NCBI GenBank assembly: GCA_049510745.1
Contig: JBEKYR010000034.1
Location: 1-56,953, forward strand
Direction of reading: 5' to 3'
From: Verrucomicrobiota bacterium
GTDB taxonomy: Bacteria; Verrucomicrobiota; Verrucomicrobiia; Limisphaerales; Palsa-1400
DNA: 56,953 nt
Made by a program: the position numbers and the translations under genes. The notes beneath the pieces were generated by a model, which searched no databases, was not told the origin of the DNA, and was given only the letters and a program-made list of their open reading frames with translations. This document shows positions 10,573-20,915 of the stretch, piece after piece. Numbering within the stretch: position 1 is the stretch's first letter; every line of letters starts with the position of its first letter.

Positions 10573-11346
10573 TCAGAGCCGGACGGCGATGTTCCGCCCG
10601 GCCAGGTACTTCTTGACATCGCCGACGGTGAATTGGCCGAAGTGAAAAATGCTCGCGGCCAGAACGGCGTCGGCCTTGCCTTCCAGCAGCACGGCGGCCA
10701 GGTGTTCGAGCGACCCCGCCCCGCCGCTGGCCACCACCGGCACGCCGACCGATTCGCTCACGCGACGGGTGATTTCCAAGTCGAATCCGGCCCGCGTGCC
10801 GTCGGCGTCGATGCTGTTCAACACGATCTCGCCCGCGCCGAGCGCGACGGCCTCTTTGGCCCACTCCACAGTCTCCCGACCGGTCGCCTTGCGGCCGCCG
10901 TGCGAAAAAACCTCCCAGCGGCCGGGCGCGACTTTTTTGGCGTCGATGGAGACGACGACGCATTGGCTGCCGAATTTTTCCGCGCCCTGGCGGATGAGAG
11001 CGGGAGTGGCCAGGGCCGAGGAGTTGATGCTCGTCTTGTCCGCGCCGGCGCGCAGGAGGGCGTGCATGTCCTCGACCGACCGGATGCCGCCGCCGACGGT
11101 CAGGGGCATGAAGCATTGGTCGGCCGCGCGTTCGATGACGCCGATCATGGTGGCGCGGCCATGGGCACTGGCGGTGATGTCAAAAAAGACCATTTCATCG
11201 GCGCCTTGCTCGTTGTAGCGAAGGGCCAGGGCGACGGGATCGCCGACGTTGCGCAATTCTCCGGCCTCGGCTTTGCCGAATTGCACCCCGCGCGTGACTT
11301 GGCCGTCATGCACGTCCAGACAAGGGATGACACGTTTTGCCAGCAT
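10573..11346 (-). CDS. hisF: Imidazole glycerol phosphate synthase cyclase subunit
   Basis: [62 protein letters not shown]. Confidence 0.97.
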   Translation of the reverse strand: MLAKRVIPCLDVHDGQVTRGVQFGKAEAGELRNVGDPVALALRYNEQGADEMVFFDITASAHGRATMIGVIERAADQCFMPLTVGGGIRSVEDMHALLRAGADKTSINSSALATPALIRQGAEKFGSQCVVVSIDAKKVAPGRWEVFSHGGRKATGRETVEWAKEAVALGAGEIVLNSIDADGTRAGFDLEITRRVSESVGVPVVASGGAGSLEHLAAVLLEGKADAVLAASIFHFGQFTVGDVKKYLAGRNIAVRL

Positions 11347-11355
11347 ACCTGGGAC

Positions 11356-11583
11356 TCAGTGCGAATGAGGACGGCCCGTGCCGCACATCCCGCAGGAACC
11401 GGGATTGCCGCTGCAAGAAGCCGGGTCGGAGGAATCGCCGCCGGTCGAAGCGAAGACCGACAGTTTTTTCGTCAACTTTTTCGACCCGCACTTCGGGCAG
11501 GGTGTTCCCGCCCACCGGCTGGAACGGACGAGGATTTCGCTCTCCGCCCCGCATTTCCCGCAATGAAACTCATAAATCGGCAT
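11356..11583 (-). CDS. FmdB-family zinc-ribbon protein
   Basis: MPIYEFHCGKCG...CPKCGS..L.KKLS motif and Cys-rich tail. Confidence 0.85.
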   Translation of the reverse strand: MPIYEFHCGKCGAESEILVRSSRWAGTPCPKCGSKKLTKKLSVFASTGGDSSDPASCSGNPGSCGMCGTGRPHSH

Positions 11584-11730
11584 GTTGGAAGGATAGTTGA
11601 AAAAGGGCCTTTCCGGCAATTGGAAAAGGGAACCCGGGTCTGATGCACATTGGCCGGGAGCAACAGCGCCCGGAAGGGGAGTGCGCCCGGTTGTCACCTT
11701 TCCGCCCTTTCCGGGTACTTATACGGTGAT

Positions 11731-13335
11731 ATGATGACAACAGAAACAATGTCTGCGGCGAAAGACAACAATGCCGGGCTGGTGATGAAAAGCCTGGCCG
11801 GCAACCGGGATGCGTTTGGGCAGATTGTGGCCCAGCACCAATCTCTGATCTGTTCCCTGGCTTACAGCGCCACGGGCAGCCTGACCCAGAGCGAAGACCT
11901 CGCGCAGGAAACCTTCGTGACCGCATGGAAGCACCTGCCGGAACTTCGCGAACCGGCGAAATTGCGGGCCTGGTTGTGCGGCATCGCGCGCAATCTTATT
12001 GGCAAAACACTCCGACGCAACGGCCGCGAGCCGGTTCACGCCGCCGAGCTTTTGGACTCGGCGGATGAAGTTCCGTCGCAGGAACCGCTTCCTCCCGACC
12101 ATGTCATGAGCAAGGAAGAAGAAGCCATTCTCTGGCGTTCGCTGGAGCGCATTCCCGAAACATATCGCGAGCCGCTCGTCTTGTTTTATCGCGAGCACCA
12201 GTCCGTTGAGCGCGTGGCGGACGCGTTGGAGTTGACAGACGACGCCGTCAAGCAACGGCTCTCGCGCGGGCGCAAGCTGCTGCACGAGCAAGTGCTGGCG
12301 TTTGTGGAAGGGGCCTTGGAGAACACGAGTCCGGGCAAAGCGTTCACCCTCGGCGTGCTGGCGGCCCTGCCGGTCATGACAACCTCGGCCAAGGCAGCCG
12401 TCGTCGGAGCGGCAGCGGCCAAGGGCGGCGTTGTGGCGAAGTCGGCCGGTTTGGCCGGGCTGTGCAACGCGATCCTTGGGCCTGTTCTCATGTTCGCCGG
12501 CCTCCACTTCGGCTACAGGCTGGACCGGGACGGCGCAAGATCCCCACAGCGACGCGAATTTATCACCAAATACTATCGTATCCTCGTCACGTGCATCGTG
12601 GTTTTCGGCGTGGCTGTTCTGTCGCTCACGCTGGGGGGCCGCTCGCTGGTCACGAGTCGCCCGATGCTGTTTGCCGGGCTGCTGGCGGGGCTTGGGGTGG
12701 CTTACCTCATCCTTGTCGCGGCGCTCACGGTCTGGATGCGGTGGCGTCTGCGGAAGATCGGCCGGCAGGAGACAGCCGAGAGCCGTCCAGCGCCGGCTCC
12801 CGTGCCCCTGTTTGAGTATCGCAGCAAGCTCAGTGTGCTGGGCTGGCCGTTGGTTCACATCCGCCTTCGCGGCGGACTGGAACGAGGGCTGGTCAAGGCG
12901 TGGATTGCCGGAGGGGACGGGGCCATTGGCTTGGTCTTCGCCTTTGGCGGGCTGGCGATTGCGCCCATCAGCTTCGGCGGTTTCGCGGCCGGTCTTTTGG
13001 CGCTTGGCGGCTTTGCGATTGGCTTGGCGCCTTTTGGCGGGTTCAGCCTGGGTCCCTGGGCGATCGGCGGGATGGCCGTCGGCTTGCAGGCTTTTGGCGG
13101 TTGCGCAATGGGCTGGCTGGCCGCGTTCGGCGGCGTGGCCGTCGCCCATGACTTCGCCGTCGGCGGCATGGCCCTGGCGCGCCACGCGAACGATGCCGCG
13201 GCCCGGGCCTTCTTCGCGAACAGCGCTTTTTTCCAAACGGTGCAGGCGGCCTCGCGCTACGCCGCCTGGCTGAACTTGATCTACTTGCTTCCGTTGGTTC
13301 TGTGGTGGTGGAGCAAAAAGAAGCCGCAAACGTAA
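11731..13335 (+). CDS. ECF RNA polymerase sigma factor fused to a multi-pass Gly-rich membrane domain
   Basis: Region 2 (SEDLAQETFVTAW...LRAWLCGIARN), region 4 (YREPLVLFY...VKQRLSRGR), then several hydrophobic helices and a FEYRSK..LGWPLVHI plus (A/G)xGGxAxG repeat domain. Confidence 0.85.
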   Translation: MMTTETMSAAKDNNAGLVMKSLAGNRDAFGQIVAQHQSLICSLAYSATGSLTQSEDLAQETFVTAWKHLPELREPAKLRAWLCGIARNLIGKTLRRNGREPVHAAELLDSADEVPSQEPLPPDHVMSKEEEAILWRSLERIPETYREPLVLFYREHQSVERVADALELTDDAVKQRLSRGRKLLHEQVLAFVEGALENTSPGKAFTLGVLAALPVMTTSAKAAVVGAAAAKGGVVAKSAGLAGLCNAILGPVLMFAGLHFGYRLDRDGARSPQRREFITKYYRILVTCIVVFGVAVLSLTLGGRSLVTSRPMLFAGLLAGLGVAYLILVAALTVWMRWRLRKIGRQETAESRPAPAPVPLFEYRSKLSVLGWPLVHIRLRGGLERGLVKAWIAGGDGAIGLVFAFGGLAIAPISFGGFAAGLLALGGFAIGLAPFGGFSLGPWAIGGMAVGLQAFGGCAMGWLAAFGGVAVAHDFAVGGMALARHANDAAARAFFANSAFFQTVQAASRYAAWLNLIYLLPLVLWWWSKKKPQT

Positions 13336-13502
13336 TCAGGCGGCCGGGATAAAATGAATTGCCGGAGTTAGCGGTGTCGTGTTTGGCAAATAGATTGGCG
13401 CGTTCTGCTAGTGACAGATTTTTGAGCGGAGTTATGTTAAGCGAGTCAGCATCCTTGATTTGGGACTGATGGGCAGCAAACGACAACAAAGAAAATTGAG
13501 CT

Positions 13503-13904
13503 ATGAAAATTCTAAGCGCTGAAGACCGCGCAACCAAACGTGGTCCACAAGATTGGTTCACCGGCACCGTTTGGGTGGATGAGATTGCCCGCCCGCCCGC
13601 CCCGGCTCGGCTACAAGCTTATCGAGTTTCGTTCGAGCCTGGTGCCCGCACTGCCTGGCACACGCACCCGCTCGGCCAGGTGATACACATCGTTTCCGGC
13701 ATCGGACGAGTGCAGTCCGCAGGTAGTCCCGTGCAAACGGTCAGGCCCGGTGACACTGTCATGTTCAGTCCGGGAGAGAAGCACTGGCACGGTGCCGCGC
13801 CAGAACATGCGATGGTTCATCTGGCGTTCCAGGAAGCAGACAGCAAAGGCGAGGCCGTGACATGGTTTGAGCACGTCACTGATACCGAGTATAATGCCGA
13901 ATAG
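13503..13904 (+). CDS. Cupin domain protein
   Basis: FEPGARTAWHTHPLGQ...PGEKHWHGA cupin motifs. Confidence 0.9.
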   Translation: MKILSAEDRATKRGPQDWFTGTVWVDEIARPPAPARLQAYRVSFEPGARTAWHTHPLGQVIHIVSGIGRVQSAGSPVQTVRPGDTVMFSPGEKHWHGAAPEHAMVHLAFQEADSKGEAVTWFEHVTDTEYNAE

Positions 13905-13954
13905 CGACGGCTGGCAATTGAGGGGACCAGCAGCGGAAAGCATCGTCCCGCCGG

Positions 13955-15562
13955 TCACTGTTTGGTGAGCGTCACGAAACAAACATCGTTGTCTCTGAGT
14001 TCAAACGTTTGACGGACGGCGCCGTCGTCCGCCACGTTGACGATTGACAATCGCTCCGGCCCGCCCTCGCTCATCGATTTGATGTAAGCTGCCTGCGGCT
14101 TGGAGAGCTGAATCGGCGATCCCAGGTCCATGTAGGCGGCGTAAGCGTCATTGGCACGGTAGCCGACCCGGTAAAGCGCCATCGAGTATTGGCCGGCCGG
14201 AACGCCGGACAACGCGAGCGTCACATTCGACTTGGGATGTGACGGCAGGTCGCGTTTGTAGAAGACCTGGTTGTTCACGGACGGAACGGGGTGCGTCAGA
14301 GTGAAATCCCACACCAGCGCCTGGATGCCGCCTGATTTGTCAGTGCAAACCCACGACGCCGCATCCGGGCATTGCAGTTCGGTTTCGCCAAGGCGGTTGA
14401 GAAACTGATAGGCGTAGAAGGCCGGCTTGTTGATGCCCTGGTAATTCACCAGGCCAAACCCGCCATGGAAGGGCGTGAACCGCGGACCGGCTTCCTCGAA
14501 GATGTCGGTGAACACCCAGTACGACATCGAATTGACCGCGGTGCCGGCGCCTTTGATCTTGTCGAGGATGAAGGCGGCACTGTGGTAGCTGTCGTGGATG
14601 GGATCGAACGGCGTGTAGGAGGCGCTCCACTCCGTGAAGTGCAGCTCGAGGTTCGGCAGCGCGGAGTCGCTGATCTTTTTCCGGGAATCGATCATTTCGG
14701 CGTAGATGGCGCGAGGGTTTTGCGACAACACCGTCCCGGCCTGGCCGGTTTCGTCGAGGAAGCCCTGATCAACGGCATACGTGTGCGTGGACACGAAGTC
14801 GGCGGGTGAAGGGTTTGTGGCGCAGAACCGGATGAATTCGGGAATCCAGCCGCAACCCGCCGTCGCCGGTCCGCCGACGCGGTAAGCAGGCGAGACACTC
14901 TTGATGGCCTTCGCGGTCACGTCATACAGCCGGAAATAGTCCTGTTGTTTGCCGGCAAAGAACCCGCCCAGGTTCGGCTCGTTCCATACTTCGAAATACC
15001 ACGTTTTGACTTCCTCCTCACCGTAACGCTGTGTCAGATGCGTGGTGAAGGCGCGAATGAAATCCGCCCATTTGTCGAAGTCTTTCGGCAGGGTCACATT
15101 GCCTCTCCACCAGAAGATCGTTTGCGAACCGCTCGCCAGGGCGGAAGGCATGAAGCCAAGTTCGACGAACGGCTTCATCCCGATGCCCTGGAGAAAATCG
15201 TAAAGCTCGTCGATGTATTGCCAATTGTATTCCGGCCGGCCGGACTTGTCCTCGCGGTAAACACCCATGTCGTCGCAAAACAACCCGTGCATCCGAATGT
15301 AAGTGAAGCCGCATTCTTTGTGGACGCGGGTGAGCTGGCGCTGCCAATCGGCGCGCAGTCCCTCGTTGGCGCGCCCGGCGCCGACACAGGCTTTGAACAT
15401 CGTATTGAGCGGGCCTTTAACCTGATGAAGGTCGGCCGAAATTATTCGTTCCGACAGCTCGTTCGTGCCGGCGCCGGAAGTGGCGTTCGCAGCGGCAGCA
15501 AGGATGAGACAGGATGCAGCGAGTGGTTTGAGCGACCGATTGAAAACGAGTGAATGGTTCAT
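13955..15562 (-). CDS. Secreted GH39 glycoside hydrolase (beta-xylosidase-like)
   Basis: Signal peptide; YIRMHGLF, PFVELGFMP, FEVWNEPN (acid/base) and HFTEW (nucleophile), SYWVFTDIFEE. Confidence 0.92.
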   Translation of the reverse strand: MNHSLVFNRSLKPLAASCLILAAAANATSGAGTNELSERIISADLHQVKGPLNTMFKACVGAGRANEGLRADWQRQLTRVHKECGFTYIRMHGLFCDDMGVYREDKSGRPEYNWQYIDELYDFLQGIGMKPFVELGFMPSALASGSQTIFWWRGNVTLPKDFDKWADFIRAFTTHLTQRYGEEEVKTWYFEVWNEPNLGGFFAGKQQDYFRLYDVTAKAIKSVSPAYRVGGPATAGCGWIPEFIRFCATNPSPADFVSTHTYAVDQGFLDETGQAGTVLSQNPRAIYAEMIDSRKKISDSALPNLELHFTEWSASYTPFDPIHDSYHSAAFILDKIKGAGTAVNSMSYWVFTDIFEEAGPRFTPFHGGFGLVNYQGINKPAFYAYQFLNRLGETELQCPDAASWVCTDKSGGIQALVWDFTLTHPVPSVNNQVFYKRDLPSHPKSNVTLALSGVPAGQYSMALYRVGYRANDAYAAYMDLGSPIQLSKPQAAYIKSMSEGGPERLSIVNVADDGAVRQTFELRDNDVCFVTLTKQ

Positions 15563-15619
15563 TCCGGGACCATGCTGGATCGGCGGCGCGAAGGCAAGTT
15601 CAATGTGGGACGGCGGCCT

Positions 15620-15751
15620 GGGTGCATTTCACATTTTTGGGTTCTCTTTCTTAATCGTAATCGTAATCTTGCTCTTAATCCGAATGCCGGAGGGCGAAGA
15701 GATTAAGATTAAGATTAGGAGCAAGATCAGGAGGGGAACCCAAATGCACCC
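15620..15751. repeat. Long imperfect hairpin with hexamer tandem-repeat arms
   Basis: Terminal IR GGGTGCATTT (15620-15629)/AAATGCACCC (15742-15751). Left arm TTAATC GTAATC GTAATC TTGCTC TTAATC; right arm GATTAA GATTAA GATTAG GAGCAA GATCAG. Confidence 0.8.
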
Positions 15752-15803
15752 TGCCGGCCCCGCTCATCTCCTTTTTACCTTCACCACCCGGCATTATCCG
15801 GCG

Positions 15804-16511
15804 CTACGCAAAATAGCCCAACTCGCGCAGGGAGACGTAGTCCTTGCCGTTTTCGGCGGCGCGGCGGCCGATGATGACGTGGTCGAGCAGCTCGATCTTC
15901 AATAGCTGTCCGGCCCGGATGAGGTCGCGCGTGACCTTGATGTCGGCTTCCGACGGGGTGGGGTCGCCGGTGGGATGGTTGTGAACGAGCACCAGGGCGG
16001 AGGCGTTGGCGGCGATGGCGCATCTGAAAACTTCGCGCGGATGGACCAGGATCGTATCGACCAACCCCTGGCAAACCTTCTCGACACGGATGAGTTTGCG
16101 GCGGGCGTTCAACAGGACGGCCTGAAAATGTTCCACCTCGTAGCCGCGGGCTTCCTCGCGCAGGTAATCCGCGATGCTGGCAGGATTGTCCAGCAACGGG
16201 GCGTCTCCGTGCCATTCCTGGGCCATGCGCCGGGCGAGGGTGAAGGCGGCTTTCAGGGCTATCGCCTTGTCGCGCCCGACGCCATCGGTTTCCCGCAATT
16301 GATCAAGGGAGGCGCGCTCCAGGCCGCTGAGAGTGCCGAATCTATGGAGCAATTGCTGGGCGATTTCGATGGCGGAGAGGCCCTTCATGCCGGTGCGCAG
16401 GAGAATGGCGATCAACTCGGCGTGGCTCAACGCCTCGGCGCCCTTTTCCGCCAGGCGTTCGCGGGGCCGTTCGCTGGCGGGCAGGTCTTTGATGCGCAGA
16501 CCGTGGCTCAT
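15804..16511 (-). CDS. radC: RadC family JAB-domain protein
   Basis: RIKDLPASERPRERL...ELIAILLRTG, HhH, VHPREVF, HNHPTGDPTPSEAD, LLDHVIIG; start MSHGLR at 16511. Confidence 0.95.
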   Translation of the reverse strand: MSHGLRIKDLPASERPRERLAEKGAEALSHAELIAILLRTGMKGLSAIEIAQQLLHRFGTLSGLERASLDQLRETDGVGRDKAIALKAAFTLARRMAQEWHGDAPLLDNPASIADYLREEARGYEVEHFQAVLLNARRKLIRVEKVCQGLVDTILVHPREVFRCAIAANASALVLVHNHPTGDPTPSEADIKVTRDLIRAGQLLKIELLDHVIIGRRAAENGKDYVSLRELGYFA

Positions 16512-16845
16512 GGCGGACTTCCTTGTATCCGGGAAAGGCGCCGCCCGGCAATGAGATTCTTCAATTAAAAACGGCATGATGCGAAACGCCAAAAGCCTGC
16601 TGTGAAGGCAGGGTAATAGATGCGGAAGTTCTCCGCGAAAACGGCGTGGTGCGATTGTCGGCGGAACCGTCAACTCGGTTTGCATGTCTGGACGCGGTGT
16701 GAAATGACGCGGGTTGCTTGAAGATGAACTATGGCCGGATGAAATTGAAGGATGGACAGTCAATGAAGCCTCCTCTGCGGTCTGGCGTTTAACCTTGTTT
16801 AGTATGCTAATAACTGTCCTGTGCCTTCGTAGCGTTTCCAAGGAC

Positions 16846-18255
16846 CTATTGACGAAGGAGCCGATAAAACCGAGCTGAATTGGTCGCTGCGGCGAAGTCA
16901 GTAAAATCAATGGCGCCATTGGTTAGGCTAAGCCCATTCGTCAGCGCGTTCCAGTTGATGAGGTCGCTGCTTGCTTGGAGTATAAAGAAAGACGTGCTCG
17001 CAAGCGAAAAGGCTGCGCCGTTGGCTGTACTGGCCGTGATGACCAAGCTGCCGTCGGGTTGGGCAATCGGCGGGGCCAGAAGAATCGCAATGCGCGCGGG
17101 TGGAATCACGCCGACGGTTGCCACGGAACTGGCGGCCTGGCCGACGCTGTTGACGGCCAGCGCCTGGTACGTGCCGGCATTGCCGACGGTTACATTGGTG
17201 AGAAACAAATCGCCGTTGGTGGCGCCGGGCAGGTTTGTGCCGTTCTGTTGCCATTGCAGCGCGACAGGTTGTGTGGCGGCGGTTCGCGCGTGCAGGTATA
17301 TGGCGCCGCCTGCGCCAACGGTCTGATTTCCTGGCTGCACCGTGAAAACGGGAACGCCGTTGCCTGTGACCACAGTATCAATGTCGGTGAAGATCGACAC
17401 GCTGATGTAAAACGCATTTGAGCCTGGCTGATCAAAAGAGAAGGATTGACCGGCAGTGACGACCAAGCCATCCGCTTGCAGAGCAAGAACTCCGTCTGAT
17501 CCTCCTCCTGAGATCGCCACGGCATTGGTGATGTCGGGAAGGACATTTGTCGAGGTACCGTTCCACTCGAGTATCGTGCCATTGGTCAGCAGGGCAATTT
17601 CAGCTCCATTGCCCGCCGATACAGCGATTACGTCCGAGAGGCCGGAAGGCACCGCATTAGCGCTCGGGCCCCATTCCACGACTTTTCCGTTCGCCTGCAA
17701 TGCTAGGTTATCATCGCGGCCTGCCGAGACCGACACCACATTCGACAGGCCCGCAGGGACATTGGTAATGTCGCCCCAACTGACGACTGTGCCGTTGCTA
17801 AGGAGCGCAAGGCAATTGTCCCACCCTGCCGCTATGGCAGTCACATTCGAGAGACCTTTTGGCACGTTTGTCAAATCGTACTGGTAACCCCAAACTGAAA
17901 CTGTTCCGTTGCTCGTTAAAGCCATGCAATAATACGTGTCGTCTGTCGAGATAGCCGCCACGTTTGTCAATGTGGACGGCGCTGCCAAAGGAGGGTTATT
18001 CGCCATGTTGGTGACTCGTCCATTGGATAGCAGTAGAACCACGGTATCTGATCCGGCATTCGCCGCAATGACGTTCGTAAACTGCAACGCAAAGCTCTCG
18101 CCTGATGACCAATGGTAGTAATTAGTAGAGATCAAGACCGCCGCTCCAGCCGAAGCTGAAAAGCTAAAGAGCAACATAAGCAGGCTGGCGCCGGCGCAGC
18201 CTGTCTTAATGAGGTGGCGGATATGGCTTAGACTGACAATCTGCGACGATTTCAT
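16846..18255 (-). CDS. Secreted RCC1-like repeat protein with Ig domain and C-terminal putative sorting module
   Basis: Repeats VP.GLSNV.A(I/V)(A/S)AG....LAL..NG.V..WG; Ig domain (QP.NQTV..G...QWQ.NG...GATN..L...NV....AG.Y); C-terminal ASSDLINW...ARFYRL. Confidence 0.85.
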   Translation of the reverse strand: MKSSQIVSLSHIRHLIKTGCAGASLLMLLFSFSASAGAAVLISTNYYHWSSGESFALQFTNVIAANAGSDTVVLLLSNGRVTNMANNPPLAAPSTLTNVAAISTDDTYYCMALTSNGTVSVWGYQYDLTNVPKGLSNVTAIAAGWDNCLALLSNGTVVSWGDITNVPAGLSNVVSVSAGRDDNLALQANGKVVEWGPSANAVPSGLSDVIAVSAGNGAEIALLTNGTILEWNGTSTNVLPDITNAVAISGGGSDGVLALQADGLVVTAGQSFSFDQPGSNAFYISVSIFTDIDTVVTGNGVPVFTVQPGNQTVGAGGAIYLHARTAATQPVALQWQQNGTNLPGATNGDLFLTNVTVGNAGTYQALAVNSVGQAASSVATVGVIPPARIAILLAPPIAQPDGSLVITASTANGAAFSLASTSFFILQASSDLINWNALTNGLSLTNGAIDFTDFAAATNSARFYRLLRQ

Positions 18256-18797
18256 ACGCAAAACCTTTGGCTAACCGTCAGGAAAAGGCTCCCTTGACGG
18301 CCGAAAAACGACCGCCGGACACTCCGGCACGATATCGGTCGGCGCACTTGAACATCGCTTTGCCCATTGCAGCATGGCAAATGCCATGATTGAATGAAGG
18401 CCCTTGCGCTTGACGCAGCTTTGGAGCGGCAAAGCGGGGCGTGAAATTCACGCCGACGACGCGGGTCTCACGCCGCCCTCTCGCATCAGGCTCGGAAGGG
18501 CACGCACCGGCAGTTCTTCACGGTCGAGTTGAGGTAGGGAATCTTCCGTGTTTGCACGGAAACAAAACCGTAGCTCGGAAGTTTCACCTGGGAGGCCACC
18601 CGTCGGTTGAAATGGCAAATTGAAAAATCTGATACTGGAATCTGATGCTGTTTGCCAAGTTTCGAGGAGATCCGTGATGATTCAGGCAGACGCAGAATGC
18701 TGGAAAGACTTGAAAATCAATTCCGGGATGATGTGCGATGACTCCTGAAAAATATGATTGTCAATTCGTCATTCTTTTTGTGGCGCGCCACGATCTC

Positions 18798-20111
18798 TCA
18801 GTGACGATTCCCCTCAGCGGCGCCGTTGTGGAATTCTTGCACGATGAACGGCGCGAATTCGGCGTGGAAATGAGGCGGGATGCGGGCGCGGAACCGCGCT
18901 TGCTCCCCGGCGTAGTCCCGCTCGGTCACTTGCGCCACTTCGTGCAAACGGGCGATGACGGCCGAATCGCCGTGCGGCACGCGCAATTCGACAAACTCGC
19001 GGATCGGGCGGAGTTGCGTGCTCAATTCTTCGATCAACGCGGGGATGCCCTCGCCTGTTTTCGCGGAAATGCCCACGGCCGCGGGAAATTGCTGGAGCAG
19101 TTTTTCCAGCGAGCCGTTGCCGGCGAACTGGTCGATTTTATTGAAAGCCATGATGGTCGGTTTGCCGTCCGCTCCGATTTCGGCCAGCACCTGGTTGACG
19201 GCTGCGATCTGTTCGGCGGCTTGGGGATGGCTGACATCGACGACATGCACCAGCAATTCGGCCTGCACCACTTCCTCGAGGGTCGCCTTGAAGGCCTCGA
19301 CCAGGCCGTGGGGGAGTTTGCGGATGAAGCCCACCGTGTCTGTCAAGAATACGTTTTGGTTCGTCGGCAGCCGCAGCCGCCGCGTCGTCGGATCCAGCGT
19401 GGCGAACAGCTTGTCCTCCGCCAGCACCGACGAGCCGGTCAGCGCGTTGAGCAGGGTGGATTTGCCGGCGTTGGTGTAGCCGACAATCGAGGCCAGCGGC
19501 CAGAGGTTGCGCTGGCGCCCGTTGCGCTGGGTGGCCCGCTGGCGGCGGACGGCCTGGAGGTCGCCGGAAATTTTCTCGATGCGCTCCTGCACCCGGCGGC
19601 GGTCGGATTCCAACTGCGATTCGCCTTCGCCGCCGCGCATGCCGATGCCGCCGGATTGGCGCGAAAGGTGGCCCCAAAAGCGCGTCAGGCGCGGCAACAA
19701 ATGGCGCAATTGCGCCAGTTCGACCTGGAGTTTGCCTTCGCGGGTGCGGGCGCGCTGGGCGAAAATATCCAGAATCAAGGCCGTCCGGTCCAGCACCTTG
19801 CAGCCAAAGACCTTCTCGAGATTGCGGCTTTGCGCCGGGGAAAGTTCGTCGTCGAAGACCACCGTATCCACGTCGTTCTCGCGGCAGAAGGCGGCAAACT
19901 CGTCCGCTTTGCCGGGGCCGATGAACGTGCCGGGGACGGGGGCCTCAATCTTCTGGGTGCCCTGGCCGATGACCGCGCCGCCGGCGGTGGCGGCCAGTTC
20001 GGCCAGTTCGTCGAGGGATTCGCGGATTTGCCAGGCGGGGCCTGATTTGAGTTCCAGACCGACGAGGAAGACCCGTTCGGTCCGTTTGGTAAGCGAGATG
20101 AGTGCTTTCAA
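18798..20111 (-). CDS. hflX: Ribosome rescue GTPase HflX
   Basis: DRTALILDIFAQRARTREGKLQVELAQL, GYTNAGKSTL, LFATLDPTTR, DTVGFI, NKID. Confidence 0.97.
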   Translation of the reverse strand: MKALISLTKRTERVFLVGLELKSGPAWQIRESLDELAELAATAGGAVIGQGTQKIEAPVPGTFIGPGKADEFAAFCRENDVDTVVFDDELSPAQSRNLEKVFGCKVLDRTALILDIFAQRARTREGKLQVELAQLRHLLPRLTRFWGHLSRQSGGIGMRGGEGESQLESDRRRVQERIEKISGDLQAVRRQRATQRNGRQRNLWPLASIVGYTNAGKSTLLNALTGSSVLAEDKLFATLDPTTRRLRLPTNQNVFLTDTVGFIRKLPHGLVEAFKATLEEVVQAELLVHVVDVSHPQAAEQIAAVNQVLAEIGADGKPTIMAFNKIDQFAGNGSLEKLLQQFPAAVGISAKTGEGIPALIEELSTQLRPIREFVELRVPHGDSAVIARLHEVAQVTERDYAGEQARFRARIPPHFHAEFAPFIVQEFHNGAAEGNRH

Positions 20112-20225
20112 TTGTTCAGTGCTTCTTCAATACCGCGCATGACGTAATACCATAGCACTTATCTGACGAAAGCCAAGGTTTAGAAAGGAATCAATCGATT
20201 CCGCCGCGACGCCTTGAGAACACAT

Positions 20226-20738
20226 TTAAGACCGGAAGAACTTGCGGACGATCTCCCACGGCGTGGCGATAACCGGCGCCCCAAGTTCAAATGGCGTCAA
20301 CTCGAAGGAAAGGCGTTGGAAATCGATGGCACGAAGGTGCTCGTCGCTGGTCAAAAGGATAGAACACCCAAGGGCGGCGGATTCGGCGAGAATTTGCGCG
20401 TCGTTGACTTCGGGGGAAGGAAGCAGGGCCGCTTGGAGCAGGCGCTGGGCAATTTTCCCGGCATACACATCGCCCAGCGGGATTGTATGGAGCAGTTTAA
20501 ATCCCCATGTCCGATGCCTGCGGAGGAATTCACGGGCGGCTTCGCGTTCCGAAGCTTCCTCGCCGTGCGTGGCCAGCCAAGCCAGTTCCTCGGAAACCGT
20601 GGGTGGAATCAGTAGTGAGCAGTCAGACAGACGGTGGCGAATGGTAAACAGAGCATCCACGACCCAATCGTTGCCCTGAGCCAAATCGATTCCAACGTTC
20701 GTGTCACCGGCGAGGACCTGGGGCGCTTTCAGATTCAT
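20226..20738 (-). CDS. PIN-domain (VapC-like) toxin
   Basis: DTNV, PPTVSEEL, NDAQILAE, LLTSD acidic PIN tetrad. Confidence 0.8.
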   Translation of the reverse strand: MNLKAPQVLAGDTNVGIDLAQGNDWVVDALFTIRHRLSDCSLLIPPTVSEELAWLATHGEEASEREAAREFLRRHRTWGFKLLHTIPLGDVYAGKIAQRLLQAALLPSPEVNDAQILAESAALGCSILLTSDEHLRAIDFQRLSFELTPFELGAPVIATPWEIVRKFFRS

Positions 20739-20877
20739 GGCCGAAGGCAATCCGCATGGCACGGTCGCGCAATTGCTGGCGTTGCGCGGGCGTCAATTTG
20801 TTCATTTGGGGGCGGTACTTCTCCACGATTAAGGCGCCGCGCGTCTTTCTCTCCACGGTTTTTCTCGTAACATTCAC
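20704..20877 (-). CDS. Putative antitoxin, small basic protein
   Basis: About 57-aa ORF from GTG, upstream of and overlapping the PIN gene; a TTGACA lies just upstream. No recognised fold. Confidence 0.5.
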   Translation of the reverse strand: MNVTRKTVERKTRGALIVEKYRPQMNKLTPAQRQQLRDRAMRIAFGHESESAPGPRR

Positions 20878-20915
20878 ACATTGTCTATCCCATCGGCGCG
20901 GCTCGATGTCAACCG

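Noticed and set aside
15804..16511. radC as a marker of a mobile element
   Set aside because: It is the full-length chromosomal type with N-terminal and HhH parts, and it has no mobility genes nearby. The 371-aa ORF extension upstream of 16511 is spurious.
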